DNA from: an uncultured Poribacteria bacterium
Lineage (GTDB): Bacteria; Poribacteria; WGA-4E; WGA-3G
NCBI GenBank assembly: GCA_958296135.2
Contig: CATQHZ020000001.1
Coordinates: forward strand, 2,080,001-2,144,000
Direction: 5' to 3'
DNA: 64,000 bases
Shown here: in pieces, positions 29,593 through 39,819 of the stretch
Numbering within the stretch: the stretch's first letter is position 1
Layout of the letters: the number at the start of each line of letters is the position of its first letter
Notes under the pieces: generated by a model
Told to the model about the DNA's origin: nothing
The model's database searches: none
Seen by the model: the letters and a program-made list of their open reading frames with translations, nothing else
Position numbers and translations under genes: made by a program

Positions 29593-31158
29593 ATGAAAAA
29601 TAAAATACCGACACCGGAAGAAATTCAGAAAGATCTTCAAGACTTCGTGAATCGGAAGTACGGCGGAACGGTCCAATTAGGCAACCTCGCCGCCGCCGCG
29701 CAGGCACCGTCACCAGAATCAACCGAAGATGTCCCGTCGCCGAAGAAGACGTTCGATTTGAAGTTCGACCTCAAACCGAAGGAGATCAAGAAATACTTGG
29801 ACCGGTATGTAATCAAGCAGGCGGACGCGAAGAAGGCACTCGCCATCGCTGTCTGCGACCACTACAACCACGTCCGAGAATGCCACGAGAACCCCGATGC
29901 CGCCGATGCCGATTATTCCAAGCAGAACATCGTCATGCTCGGTCCGACTGGGGTTGGCAAGACATATCTCATCCGCCACATCGCCAAGTTAATCGGCGTG
30001 CCGTTTGTCAAAGCCGATGCAACCCGATTCAGCGAAACAGGATACGTCGGCGCGAACGTCGATGACCTGATTCGCGAACTCGTCACGCAGGCGGATGATA
30101 ACCTTGAATTGGCGCAATATGGGATTGTCTATCTGGATGAAGCCGATAAAATCGCCACGCCGCCTAACATCATCGGCCGTGATGTGAGCGGCCGCGGCGT
30201 GCAGACTGGGCTACTGAAATTAATGGAGGAGACCGAGGTAGACCTGCGCGCCAGCCACGATGTCGCCTCACAAATGCGGGCGGCGATGGAATTTCAGCAG
30301 CGCGGCAAGGTAGAAAAAGAGGTCATCAACACCCGACACATCCTCTTTATCATCAGCGGTGCTTTCACCGGCATGGAGAAGAGCATCAAAAAACGGATGC
30401 ATCAGAGCCGAATCGGGTTCAGTGCGAACGTCGTCAGCCAAACCGAAGACGCGGGCCACTATTTTCAGCACGTTACCCCGAAGGATTTCATTGACTACGG
30501 ATTTGAGCCCGAGTTTATCGGACGGCTGCCGGTGCACGTTATCTGCAGCGAATTGGAAGTGGAAGATCTTTTCCACATTTTGAAGCACTCGGAAGGCTCC
30601 ATTATTCGGCAGTATGAGCAAGCGTTTCAGGCGTATGGTATCACGGTGATGTTTGCGGATAGCGGGCTGCACCGCATCGCTGAAAAGGCGATTGAGCAGA
30701 AAACCGGCGCGCGGGCCCTGATGACCGTTTGTGAAAAGGCATTGCGGGACTACAAGTTTGAGTTGCCATCCACCGGCATGCAGGAGTTCGTCGTCACCGC
30801 CGATGTTATCGATACACCGCAGGCGGAGTTGCAGCGGATAACCGAAGATGGCACCTACAACCGCAACATTGTGATGCACGAGCAAATCCGCCGGTATGAA
30901 GCGCGTTTCCATGCCGAACACCAACTGCAAATTCGGTTCAATGACGATGCCACTGCGCTGCTCTGCGAACGCGCCATCGCGAACGAACAGACGGTTCACC
31001 AACTCTGCGATGCACTGCTGGAGAGTTATCAGCACGGATTGAATCTCATCAAGCAGAATACGGGGCAATCGGTGTTCACTTTTCCAAAAGCAGTCGTGGA
31101 AAATCCAGACACGGTGCTGGAAGAGTGGATCCGCAAGTCTTACACCAAAAAACGTTAA
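29593..31158 (+). CDS. ClpX-like AAA+ unfoldase lacking the Zn-finger domain
   Basis: GPTGVGKT, GYVG pore loop, YLDEADK, RDVSG.GVQ..LLK, IGF loop, PEFIGRLP, TGARAL. Confidence 0.85.
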   Translation: MKNKIPTPEEIQKDLQDFVNRKYGGTVQLGNLAAAAQAPSPESTEDVPSPKKTFDLKFDLKPKEIKKYLDRYVIKQADAKKALAIAVCDHYNHVRECHENPDAADADYSKQNIVMLGPTGVGKTYLIRHIAKLIGVPFVKADATRFSETGYVGANVDDLIRELVTQADDNLELAQYGIVYLDEADKIATPPNIIGRDVSGRGVQTGLLKLMEETEVDLRASHDVASQMRAAMEFQQRGKVEKEVINTRHILFIISGAFTGMEKSIKKRMHQSRIGFSANVVSQTEDAGHYFQHVTPKDFIDYGFEPEFIGRLPVHVICSELEVEDLFHILKHSEGSIIRQYEQAFQAYGITVMFADSGLHRIAEKAIEQKTGARALMTVCEKALRDYKFELPSTGMQEFVVTADVIDTPQAELQRITEDGTYNRNIVMHEQIRRYEARFHAEHQLQIRFNDDATALLCERAIANEQTVHQLCDALLESYQHGLNLIKQNTGQSVFTFPKAVVENPDTVLEEWIRKSYTKKR

Positions 31159-31161
31159 TCT

Positions 31162-31238
31162 CAGTCCTTACGCAAATGTTAGAAACTCGGAGACGCGCTT
31201 ACAACGCGCACTACCGAGTCACTGTCGCGTAAGTCCTA
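31162..31238. mobile_element. 77-bp MITE-like element enclosing a REP hairpin
   Basis: Imperfect TIRs CAGTCCTTACGC / GCGTAAGTCCTA; internal CTCGG-AGACGCGCTTACAACGCGCACTA-CCGAG. Confidence 0.5.
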
Positions 31239-31256
31239 ACGAATAGGAAATAAATC

Positions 31257-31991
31257 ATGCACACTGAAAAGGGGAGACCGGCACGGCCAGAACCATTGGA
31301 CATCCGCGAGGCTGGCGCGCCTATTGATGGAGAACCGCAAGTCAGTAACAAGCGATTGTTCTGCCAACTCCACGTCTTTTCTGGCTGCAGAGACCCTGGA
31401 GTTCTCTCCAAGTCACTAGAGGCAACCGGGATGAACACGGTGCTCTACGAAGAGCTCAATCATCCCTCAAGTATCGGCGTTCTCTTCATGGCAGAGGAGA
31501 CAACTACGCTCATAACAGAGATGCGTTCCGCCTTGACATCAATAGCGTTCTCGAAACTGACATACCGTCCGGAAATGACGATGATTGGGCGCACCTACGC
31601 CACCGGGCGAGAACCAGACCTGGAGCAGTGGCTCATCAACAAGCCGCTCCAGAACGCGCTCAACCCGGATTGCCCATGGGCGATTTGGTACCCGTTGCGG
31701 CGGAAACCCGAGTTTTACCGGCTTGAGCCGCGCGAGCGGGGCCGAATTTTGGGCGAACACGCAAGGCTCGGACGGAATTATGCCGCTGGCGGCTACGCCA
31801 GTGACATCCGCTTGGCATGCTTCGGATTGGACCCGAACGACAACGAGTTCGTCATCGGCTTGGTGGGCGCGGAGTTGTACCCGTTATCGCGCCTCATCCA
31901 AGACATGCGCCAAACGGAACAGACAACAAAGTATATTGAATCGCTAGGGCCTTTTTTTGTCGGGAAGGTTCGGCAGCGTTTTACCCCGTAG
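31257..31991 (+). CDS. Chlorite dismutase / coproheme decarboxylase (HemQ/ChdC) family protein
   Basis: WYPLRRKPEFY.L...ER..IL.EH (proximal His), FGLD.ND.EF, GPFFVG. Confidence 0.8.
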   Translation: MHTEKGRPARPEPLDIREAGAPIDGEPQVSNKRLFCQLHVFSGCRDPGVLSKSLEATGMNTVLYEELNHPSSIGVLFMAEETTTLITEMRSALTSIAFSKLTYRPEMTMIGRTYATGREPDLEQWLINKPLQNALNPDCPWAIWYPLRRKPEFYRLEPRERGRILGEHARLGRNYAAGGYASDIRLACFGLDPNDNEFVIGLVGAELYPLSRLIQDMRQTEQTTKYIESLGPFFVGKVRQRFTP

Positions 31992-32149
31992 GCGCGCCCA
32001 CATGAAACTTTAGTAATTAATCGGTTCATTGCCGGAATGCACCCACGCCCGATGACTATAGGAGCGGATTTCTATCTCCGCCCATCGACATCGGAAAAAA
32101 TGACCCGGTTATTTCTTTACTCGCGACGCTTCGATTTACTAAACGCAGT

Positions 32150-32875
32150 ATGAAAAACATCATCGCCGTTTGCACAAAAGAGCTCTACACCTATTTTGTG
32201 TCACCTATCGCCTATTTCGTCTGCTTCGTCTACACAGCGATTTCGGGCTTCATCTTTTCTATCCTGCTCCTCAGCACGAGCAACTATGGCGGTTCCGGGG
32301 CTGACGTGATGAATACGCTCTTCGGCAATATGGCAGTCATCCTGCTCTTCTTCACACCGGTGCTGACGATGAAACTGTTCGCCGAGGAACGGAAATCCGG
32401 CACGATTGAGCTCCTCCTCACTTCACCGATTACCGACGGACAGGTGGTGCTCGGCAAGTTCTTCGCCTGTTGGACGCTGCTGCTCATGATGCTCGGTTTA
32501 ACACTATTTTTCCCGTTCTTGGCGCGACGCTTCGGACCCGTGGACACAGGACCGCTGCTGAGTGGATACTTGGGGCTACTCCTCATCGGTTCCGCTTTTC
32601 TGTCGTTAGGGTTGCTGATGTCGTCCATGAGCAAAAACCAACTCGTCGCGGCACTAACCAGTTTCGGACTGCTCATAACACTCTGGGTGATAGGCGCGCT
32701 CTCTAACCGTGCTGGCGAAATCGGCAAATTCCTGAGTTATCTGTCTCTGCCAGAGCACTACTACGATTTCGCGCGTGGAGTCATCGTTCTCAAACACGTT
32801 GTCTACTACGTGAGCTTTACGTGCGTTTGTCTGTTCGCGACGTTCAAGTCTGTTGAATCATCCAAGTGGAGATAA
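32150..32875 (+). CDS. ABC-2 permease, GldF-like
   Basis: KELYTYFVSPIAY, LTMKLFAEERKSGTIELLLTSP, VVLGKF. Confidence 0.9.
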   Translation: MKNIIAVCTKELYTYFVSPIAYFVCFVYTAISGFIFSILLLSTSNYGGSGADVMNTLFGNMAVILLFFTPVLTMKLFAEERKSGTIELLLTSPITDGQVVLGKFFACWTLLLMMLGLTLFFPFLARRFGPVDTGPLLSGYLGLLLIGSAFLSLGLLMSSMSKNQLVAALTSFGLLITLWVIGALSNRAGEIGKFLSYLSLPEHYYDFARGVIVLKHVVYYVSFTCVCLFATFKSVESSKWR

Positions 32876-33114
32876 CCACTTCACCATAGGGCGAGGGCCC
32901 GGCGAGCGCGAATCGCCGAGGGTGCCCCTCGCCATGCCGGGGAGATAACCACTTTACCGTAGGGCGAGGGCCGTTACGCCGAAAGGTTGTCATCTCTGCC
33001 GCCTCGCTGCAGAGATGTCCACTGTCCCTCGCTATACCATGGAGATAACCATTTCACCGTAGGGAGAGGGCCCGGCGCGCGCGAATCGCCGAGGGTGCCC
33101 CTCGCCATGCCGGG
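32868..33114 (+). repeat. Three-unit A-B-A tandem array of REP family 2
   Basis: Units start GGAGATAACCA at 32868, 32941 and 33041; units 1 and 3 are nearly identical; unit 2 matches 29487-29572. Confidence 0.85.
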
Positions 33115-33127
33115 GTTGTCCTAAAAT

Positions 33128-34693
33128 ATGTCCAGCAAAAACATTACAGCCCCGCTTTTCGGGCTGCTTGCACTGATTTTCGGTTTCGTCGCGCTCGCCA
33201 GTTTTTTTCTCGGCGCGAGGCCCGCCTTTGCAGTTTGCCTGCTCCTCTGCATCGCGTCGCTAGGCATTTTCGCTCGGTTGCGGTTCGCCGATTTTGTGAA
33301 CTTCTTTGTCAGCCGTCAAGCGCGTTACGGTGCGAACGTCGCGATGAGCATCCTCGGCGTTATCGGAATCGCCGTTTTCGTCAACGTCATTGTCGCGCAG
33401 CGATTTGATAAACGCGCAGATTTAACGACGCTCCAACTCTACACGCTCTCGGAGCAAACGAAGAATGTCCTCAACACCGTCGATAAGGAGATTCAGGTGA
33501 CAGCGTTTTTCAGCGACAGCGATAACAGCCAACTCGCCCGCGAGGCAGCGCGCGCCAAAGAGATGTTAGCACTCTACGCAAACGAATCCGAGGCCATCAC
33601 CGTCGCCTTTGTCAATCCGTATATTGACCGGCTCCTTGTCGATAAATACGGTATCCAAAGGGATGGAACGACTGTTTTTGAGAGCGGCGACCGGACTGAA
33701 AAGGTTAGCACCGTGGACGAACAGAAATTCACCAGCGCGATTCTCAAACTCATCCGGAATCAGACCAAAAAGGTCTATTTCCTCACAGGACACGAAGAAC
33801 GGGGCATCGACGACCGGACACCCATCGGCTATAGTGAGGTAAAAGCGGAATTGGAGAATCAGAATTATGCCGCGCGGTTATTTTCGCCGCTCATTCAACC
33901 GAGCATCCCCGCGGACTGCGCTATGCTCGTCATCGCCGGACCGAAGGCACCGCTGACGCGAGAGGAATTGAAAATGATCTCCGAATACCTTGCGCGCAAT
34001 GGAAAATTGCTCCTATTGCTTGAGCCCTCAACTGACGATGCAAACCAGCGGCTCGTTCAATTGATGCGGCGGTGGGGAATCGAGGTAAGAAACGATTTAG
34101 TAGTAGATCTCGTCCATTCTGGCACTTCCGGGCCGACTGCGCCGTTCCCAGAATTTGCGCAGCACGAGATTACGCGTGCGCTGCAAGGCGTAGGCATTCC
34201 GTTCCTCGGCACCCGTTCTGTCACGCCGGCCGCGGAAATTCCAGAGAGACTTAAGGTTAAATCCTTGGCAAAAACAGTCGGCGAAACGCGTGTCAGTTGG
34301 GGTGAAACGGAACTCAATCGCGTTGAGCTCACCCCTCGCGCCTATACTCCCGGTGTGGATACGCCGCCGCCGGTATCTATCGCCGTAGCCGTTGAACAAA
34401 CCGAAGACACGAACCAAAACACGCGTATCGTTGTCTTCGGGGATTCAGATTTCGCCTCAAACACCTTTTTCAGAACCGCAAATCGGGAGTTGTTTGTCGC
34501 AACAATCAACTGGCTCACCCTAGAGGCTGACCTCGTCGCTATCAGCCCGATCGATTTGCAGCAACAAGCACTGCGCCAATTGAGCGCGCAAGAAGCAGGG
34601 CTGGTGCAGATACTCTCCGTCTTTTTGATCCCAGTGGCAGTGTTTATCGCCGGGATAATCGTTTGGTGGCAACGCCGAGGGGGAACCGCGTGA
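33128..34693 (+). CDS. GldG-like ABC auxiliary component
   Basis: RADLT..QLYTLS.QT..VL, KVYFLTGHEE, LVIAGP, VVFGDSDF, C-terminal TM. Confidence 0.88.
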   Translation: MSSKNITAPLFGLLALIFGFVALASFFLGARPAFAVCLLLCIASLGIFARLRFADFVNFFVSRQARYGANVAMSILGVIGIAVFVNVIVAQRFDKRADLTTLQLYTLSEQTKNVLNTVDKEIQVTAFFSDSDNSQLAREAARAKEMLALYANESEAITVAFVNPYIDRLLVDKYGIQRDGTTVFESGDRTEKVSTVDEQKFTSAILKLIRNQTKKVYFLTGHEERGIDDRTPIGYSEVKAELENQNYAARLFSPLIQPSIPADCAMLVIAGPKAPLTREELKMISEYLARNGKLLLLLEPSTDDANQRLVQLMRRWGIEVRNDLVVDLVHSGTSGPTAPFPEFAQHEITRALQGVGIPFLGTRSVTPAAEIPERLKVKSLAKTVGETRVSWGETELNRVELTPRAYTPGVDTPPPVSIAVAVEQTEDTNQNTRIVVFGDSDFASNTFFRTANRELFVATINWLTLEADLVAISPIDLQQQALRQLSAQEAGLVQILSVFLIPVAVFIAGIIVWWQRRGGTA

Positions 34694-36537
34694 ACTTCCG
34701 AACGACGCTTATCATCATTATCGTGCTAGCAGGCACCGCGGGGGCTTACTTCCTTTTCTTTCAGGAATCAGGCAAGCAGGCATCTGTAGACGAAAAGCCA
34801 CGCATTCATGAGGTTTACGGCTTAGCCCCAGAAAACGTTCGGCAAATAAGCCTCTCGTTCGCCGAGGCGGCGTATCAGCCGTTGACGCTGGTGAAAAGCG
34901 ACGAAGGCGAATGGCAGCTAACCGAACCGTTTGCTGCAGATGCAAGCAGCGAAAAAGTCTCCGAAATCTTAGACAACCTACTCAACAAACGCGTCAAGCA
35001 GACGCTTGAGGTAACAGCACTCGCGCCGTATGGACTGGATGCACCGAGTATCACGGTGGCACTGTGGACAACAGAACCGGAACGTAAGGACAGATTGCTA
35101 TATCTGTCCGCCACCGATGCTACTGCTACCTTCCTCATCGGCAAAAAGGCGATTAACTTTTCTCTCTACGCCAAAGAGGCATCGGAACCACACATCTTCC
35201 TAATCGAATCTAGCACGCTCGATGATCTGGCGAAGTCACCGACAGATCTGCGTTCCCGGAAGGTTATTCAGTTTAACCCAGAGAGGATATCTGAAATTCG
35301 GTTAGTGAAAGGGACAAGCACTACACCTAAAGAGATTCGGTGTGAGAAAATAGGGGATACGTGGACAATGACGCATCCTCTCTCTGTTAAAGCAGACACG
35401 CAAGAAATTGAGCTGCTACTCTCCGCGCTCGGTTCATTTCAGGTATCAACATTTGAGGCTGATTGGACTGGCGAGGCATCCGCACCAGACTTAGAAAAAT
35501 ATGGGTTGCATTCTCCCCGCTTATCGGTTATACTGAAAAACGAAAAGGGAACGCTTGGGCTCCACATCGGCACCGGAACTTATGTGACACCCGCGCACCG
35601 AAATGCTGTCTATACAGTTGCCAACGACATCTATGCGCAGCTCAACAAATCCGTTTTCGATTTGCGCGATAAACGGGTGCTTGACTTTCAGCGCACAGCA
35701 ACAAACCGAATTGAGATTGAATACCCGAAGCACAGCGCGAGACAAGTTTCCCGAGCGCAACGGAAAACGGAAGGAAACGCAAAGATTGTCTGTGTCAAGA
35801 ATTTTGACGATACCTGGGACTTAAAAACCCCAATCCAGACGAAGGCTGACGCGCAGGCAATCGATGACCTGGTTTTCGGAGCGGATTCACTCAAAGCGAT
35901 CGAATTTGTCACCGCTCCTGCCCCAGATTTGGCACGCTACGGATTGGATTCCCCCGCGATGCAGGTTGCGTTCACACAACTGGGTGAAGAAAACCCTGCC
36001 CTGCTGCTCATCGGAAATCGGAAAGGCGACGCTGCCTACGTCAAATCGGGAGATTCATCCCAGGTCTCGCTTGTCAAACACGCACTCATTGATAACCTCG
36101 CGACCGGGGTTGCGTGGCTGCGCGATAAGCAGATTCTTCATTTTGGGATTGACGATGTCAACCGGTTTGCGTTAAAATATGACGATGTCTCGCTGACATG
36201 CCAACGCCTCGGCACGAATTGGCGGCTAACAGTGCCGGTGAAAGAAGACGCAAACAATGCTGAAATCAACGCCATCATCTACGAACTTGACGATTTGAAA
36301 GTTGAGGAATTTTTATCGGACGCGCTAGATACCACGATAACAGGGCTCAATCCACCACAGATACAGATTACCCTCGGCTTAAGGAGTGGGAACGGATATG
36401 TCTTGCAAATTGGCAAAGCGGACGCGTCCGGGCGTTTCTATGCACGCTTGCAACACGAACCGAACGTAACTTTTTTGCTAGACAGCGCGTTAATTCCAAA
36501 GTTGAGAACGACGCTTGAAATGCTGCGGACTCCGTAA
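34690..36537 (+). CDS. DUF4340 repeat protein
   Basis: GTG overlaps the gldG stop; repeats of W.L..P....AD, YGL..P and DLRDK. Confidence 0.85.
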   Translation: MNFRTTLIIIIVLAGTAGAYFLFFQESGKQASVDEKPRIHEVYGLAPENVRQISLSFAEAAYQPLTLVKSDEGEWQLTEPFAADASSEKVSEILDNLLNKRVKQTLEVTALAPYGLDAPSITVALWTTEPERKDRLLYLSATDATATFLIGKKAINFSLYAKEASEPHIFLIESSTLDDLAKSPTDLRSRKVIQFNPERISEIRLVKGTSTTPKEIRCEKIGDTWTMTHPLSVKADTQEIELLLSALGSFQVSTFEADWTGEASAPDLEKYGLHSPRLSVILKNEKGTLGLHIGTGTYVTPAHRNAVYTVANDIYAQLNKSVFDLRDKRVLDFQRTATNRIEIEYPKHSARQVSRAQRKTEGNAKIVCVKNFDDTWDLKTPIQTKADAQAIDDLVFGADSLKAIEFVTAPAPDLARYGLDSPAMQVAFTQLGEENPALLLIGNRKGDAAYVKSGDSSQVSLVKHALIDNLATGVAWLRDKQILHFGIDDVNRFALKYDDVSLTCQRLGTNWRLTVPVKEDANNAEINAIIYELDDLKVEEFLSDALDTTITGLNPPQIQITLGLRSGNGYVLQIGKADASGRFYARLQHEPNVTFLLDSALIPKLRTTLEMLRTP

Positions 36538-36598
36538 TCTTCCGCGGCGCGCTCATCTCCGGTAGGCACGCTTGGTAAGCGCGCACCACACATAAGAA

Positions 36599-37798
36599 AT
36601 GCATACCTACATTATTGCAATCGCCTATTTTTTCTTTTTACTTGAATTGCTGATGATCGGCGGTTCTTTTCTGTATTCGCGGCGGGAACGGAAAACAGCG
36701 CGGCCCGCCTGGACACCAAAGGTCGCCATCATCGCGCCGCACTATGGGTGGGATGACGACACAGCCGAGCATATCAAAGGGCTCCTCCATCAGGATTACG
36801 CGGGCGAGCACGACATCTTCTTTGTAACCCACCGAAAAGGTGAAGCAGAGTATGATATCTCCTATCCACCTCTCCAGAAGATTGCGGAAAACGTGCCCAA
36901 TGCACACCTCCTATTAGCACCGAACATTATCGACAATAGCCTCCCCCGTTCGCAAAAGGTGCAGAACCTGATGACGGTGATAGAAACGCTACCCGACGAT
37001 GTAGAAATCATCGCGTTTGTCGATGCTGACGTGGCTATTCGCGAGGATTGGTTGACGCTACTTGTCGCACCGCTGCAAGAAAAGGAAATCGGCGCGACCG
37101 TGGGCGGCAGGTTCTACGCACCACAGACGTGGAATTTCGCCTCGCTAGTGGAGGCAATCTGGGTAAATTTCCAGATGGGCTTGCAAGGAGACCACCGACT
37201 CTCCATGGTGTGGGGTGGTTCTAACGCCTTCCGCAGCGAGATGCTTGAGAAAGCGCAGATTCTGAAACGCTGGGAGAACGCGACGATTGAAGATCTGAAT
37301 ACCACCCGCGCAGTCAGAGACATGAACCTCAAGGTGCATTTCGTGCCGGATTGCGTCGCCATCACCCACACAGCGAACCGCACATGGCATCAGATAGTCG
37401 AATTTACGAACCGCCAGATGATTATGACGCTCCACATGGGACTTTGGGCACAATGGCTTGCGAGCCTCACGATTTTTCTCCCTAAAGCGGTGCTGGTTTT
37501 CGGCACGATGCCGTTTCTATTTCATCGGACAGAACTTCTGCCCGTTGCGTTCATCCCATTCCTTGAGGCAGTCAGTTACCGGCTCTTCTGTCTGAACTTG
37601 CCGCGCTGGCTGCGGGATATGCCGAAGATGCAGGACACTATTCGGATTAGCTCCTACGTCACGTCTTTCTCGATGTGCCTCGCGGGGATTAACGCGCTGT
37701 ATGCCATCTTCCAACGCAAGATAATCTGGGGTGGCGTGCGGTATGAGATCCTCTCCGCCACAACGTGTCGGGTCTTAGGAGTGGTGAAGAAAAAATAG
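36599..37798 (+). CDS. GT2/GT21-like membrane glycosyltransferase (ceramide glucosyltransferase/HpnI-like)
   Basis: SQKVQNL, FVDAD (DXD), WGGS, ED, C-terminal I.WGGVRY. Confidence 0.8.
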   Translation: MHTYIIAIAYFFFLLELLMIGGSFLYSRRERKTARPAWTPKVAIIAPHYGWDDDTAEHIKGLLHQDYAGEHDIFFVTHRKGEAEYDISYPPLQKIAENVPNAHLLLAPNIIDNSLPRSQKVQNLMTVIETLPDDVEIIAFVDADVAIREDWLTLLVAPLQEKEIGATVGGRFYAPQTWNFASLVEAIWVNFQMGLQGDHRLSMVWGGSNAFRSEMLEKAQILKRWENATIEDLNTTRAVRDMNLKVHFVPDCVAITHTANRTWHQIVEFTNRQMIMTLHMGLWAQWLASLTIFLPKAVLVFGTMPFLFHRTELLPVAFIPFLEAVSYRLFCLNLPRWLRDMPKMQDTIRISSYVTSFSMCLAGINALYAIFQRKIIWGGVRYEILSATTCRVLGVVKKK

Positions 37799-37811
37799 TC
37801 TCAATCGTTAT

Positions 37812-37840
37812 TTGCTTTTTTTGGCAAAATGTGGTATAAT
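37812..37840 (+). promoter_or_regulatory. Sigma70 promoter upstream of msrB
   Basis: TTGCTT-17 bp-TATAAT with TGn extension. Confidence 0.75.
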
Positions 37841-37908
37841 ACCAAATGAACCTGGGTCATTTCGGGCGCGCCTGCCACCCAGGTCAGACAGATCAACTTA
37901 ATTTGGTA
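37840..37908. mobile_element. 69-bp MITE-like element inserted in a TATAAT box
   Basis: TAA|TACCAAATGA...TAATTTGGTA|TAA; internal hairpin ACCTGGGT/ACCCAGGT. Confidence 0.6.
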
Positions 37909-37976
37909 TAATACCTGTATCGACAAACTAAGGAGCCGGTCGCCCGTGCGTGACTGGTTCGTCAGGGGAATCAGAA

Positions 37977-38390
37977 ATGGGTGAAGAAAAAGTGATTAAA
38001 TCGGACGAAGTGTGGAGACAGCAACTCACGCCTGAAGAATATAAGGTAACCCGGAAGAAAGGGACAGAGCGCGCCTTCACCGGGAAATACCACGATTGTA
38101 AAGAGCAGGGCACTTATCACTGCGTTTGTTGTGGAAGTCCGCTCTTTACTTCGGATGCGAAATACGATTCGGGAACCGGCTGGCCCAGCTTCTGGGAGGC
38201 CGTTTCTGCCGAAAACGTTGAGACTAAGCGCGACCTGAGCATCTTTTTCATGCCGCGCACCGAAGTCGTCTGTAGCCGCTGTGATGCGCACCTCGGCCAT
38301 GTTTTCAACGACGGCCCACAGCCAACCGGGAAACGCTACTGCATGAACTCGGCGGCACTCACGCTCGTCAAAGCAAAGGATAATACCTAA
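37977..38390 (+). CDS. msrB: Peptide methionine (R)-sulfoxide reductase
   Basis: GTERAFTG, CxxC pairs, GWPSF, HLGHVF.DGP.PTG.RYCMNS. Confidence 0.95.
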   Translation: MGEEKVIKSDEVWRQQLTPEEYKVTRKKGTERAFTGKYHDCKEQGTYHCVCCGSPLFTSDAKYDSGTGWPSFWEAVSAENVETKRDLSIFFMPRTEVVCSRCDAHLGHVFNDGPQPTGKRYCMNSAALTLVKAKDNT

Positions 38391-38475
38391 TCAAATAGGA
38401 TGGGTGAATCCGGGTTGCGCGCTTTCTAACCGCGCAACCTGTGGAACGCTTACCCTATTCAAGAGAGGATAATTG

Positions 38476-39696
38476 ATGGCACTACGAAGTCGAATCTCGT
38501 CACGGTTCCTCGTCAATGAACTTGCCACCGCCATCTCGGAGGATTGGCGGACCTCGCGCAAGTTCATGCAATACCAACTGGCGAAAGAGAGTTTTAACCT
38601 GCGCCACCCGTTCGGCGCAAAGCACGGCAGAGGCGATGCATTGCAACTCGTCAGCCTCCGCATTACGGACATGTGTAACCTCCGCTGCCACTCCTGTGGG
38701 CAATGGGGTGACAACGGTTACCTCCTGGGGCAATCGCTCAAAGACCTGAAAGCGCGCGAAGTCCCCGTTGAAACCTATAAAAACCTCGTGGACCAGATCG
38801 TCGACCTCGGCTGGTCCCCCGTCTGGTATATCTGGGGCGGCGAACCGATGCTTTACCCCGGCCTCATCGAACTGATGCACTACATCAAGGATAAGGGGAT
38901 GCCGATTTCCCTCGTGAGTAACGCCACCAACATCGCTAAACGCGCGGACGATATTTTGGAAACCTGCAAAATTGTCTACCTCAGCGTTGACGGCCCAAAC
39001 GAGGAAATCCACAACACGCAGCGCCCCGGCGTTTCCGCGAAATATGACAACTTCAAAGATGTCAAAGCCGCCCTTGAAACGCTGAACGCGGCGAAGGAAC
39101 GCCAGCAACTCGCCTTCCCTTATATCATCCCGCTTAGCTGCGTAACGATGTATAACATTGATGTCGTGGTGGATCTCTACAAATTCACCAGTCAATACGC
39201 CGACGCACAGATTTTTTACCTGACATGGTGGATCGACTCGCAATCCGCGCAAGAACACACGGAGGACTTTGAGAACCGGTTCGGATTCAAACCACAGACG
39301 CACTACGGATGGATAGGCACCTGGAAAGATTTCGACCACGGCTTAATCCTGGATAAGTTTGCGGAAATGGAGAGCCTCTCCGAAAAGCAGAAACGGTGCC
39401 CGCCGGTGATGATGCCGAGGCTCAACACGCGCGGCGAAATCCAACGTTACTACACAGACCATCAGCAAACCTTCGGGTATAACCAGTGCGTCAGCATCTA
39501 TATGACGATGGAGATCGATAGTAACGGCGACGTGAGCCTCTGCCGCGATTACCACGACTACATCATCGGCAATATCAAAACCGATGCAGTCGCCGATATG
39601 TGGAATAACCAGAAAGCCATGAAGTTCCGCCAGTCCATCAGCGAAGACGGCCCCATGCCAGTCTGCCGCCGTTGCTGCGGGTTGATGGGATTTTAA
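38476..39696 (+). CDS. Radical SAM protein with C-terminal SPASM/twitch domain
   Basis: CNLRCHSC, WGGEP, SVDG, C-x-IDSNGDVSLC...GNI...CRRCC. Confidence 0.9.
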   Translation: MALRSRISSRFLVNELATAISEDWRTSRKFMQYQLAKESFNLRHPFGAKHGRGDALQLVSLRITDMCNLRCHSCGQWGDNGYLLGQSLKDLKAREVPVETYKNLVDQIVDLGWSPVWYIWGGEPMLYPGLIELMHYIKDKGMPISLVSNATNIAKRADDILETCKIVYLSVDGPNEEIHNTQRPGVSAKYDNFKDVKAALETLNAAKERQQLAFPYIIPLSCVTMYNIDVVVDLYKFTSQYADAQIFYLTWWIDSQSAQEHTEDFENRFGFKPQTHYGWIGTWKDFDHGLILDKFAEMESLSEKQKRCPPVMMPRLNTRGEIQRYYTDHQQTFGYNQCVSIYMTMEIDSNGDVSLCRDYHDYIIGNIKTDAVADMWNNQKAMKFRQSISEDGPMPVCRRCCGLMGF

Positions 39697-39787
39697 GCCC
39701 ATCATTCACCGTAGGGCTCGGTGCAGTGGCGAGAACCATAAGAGAATCTAGCAGAACCTACCCTAATCTAGCAGTGTGCATTTTGAC

Positions 39788-39816
39788 TTGCATTTCGCTT
39801 GGACTTATGGTATAAT
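39788..39816 (+). promoter_or_regulatory. Strong sigma70 promoter for tnpB
   Basis: TTGCAT-17 bp-TATAAT with TGn. Confidence 0.85.
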
Positions 39817-39819
39817 ATA

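Noticed and set aside
32868-33114. CRISPR array
   Set aside because: Spacers 1 and 3 are nearly identical, unit lengths differ (73/100/74), the interiors are palindromic and no cas genes are present.
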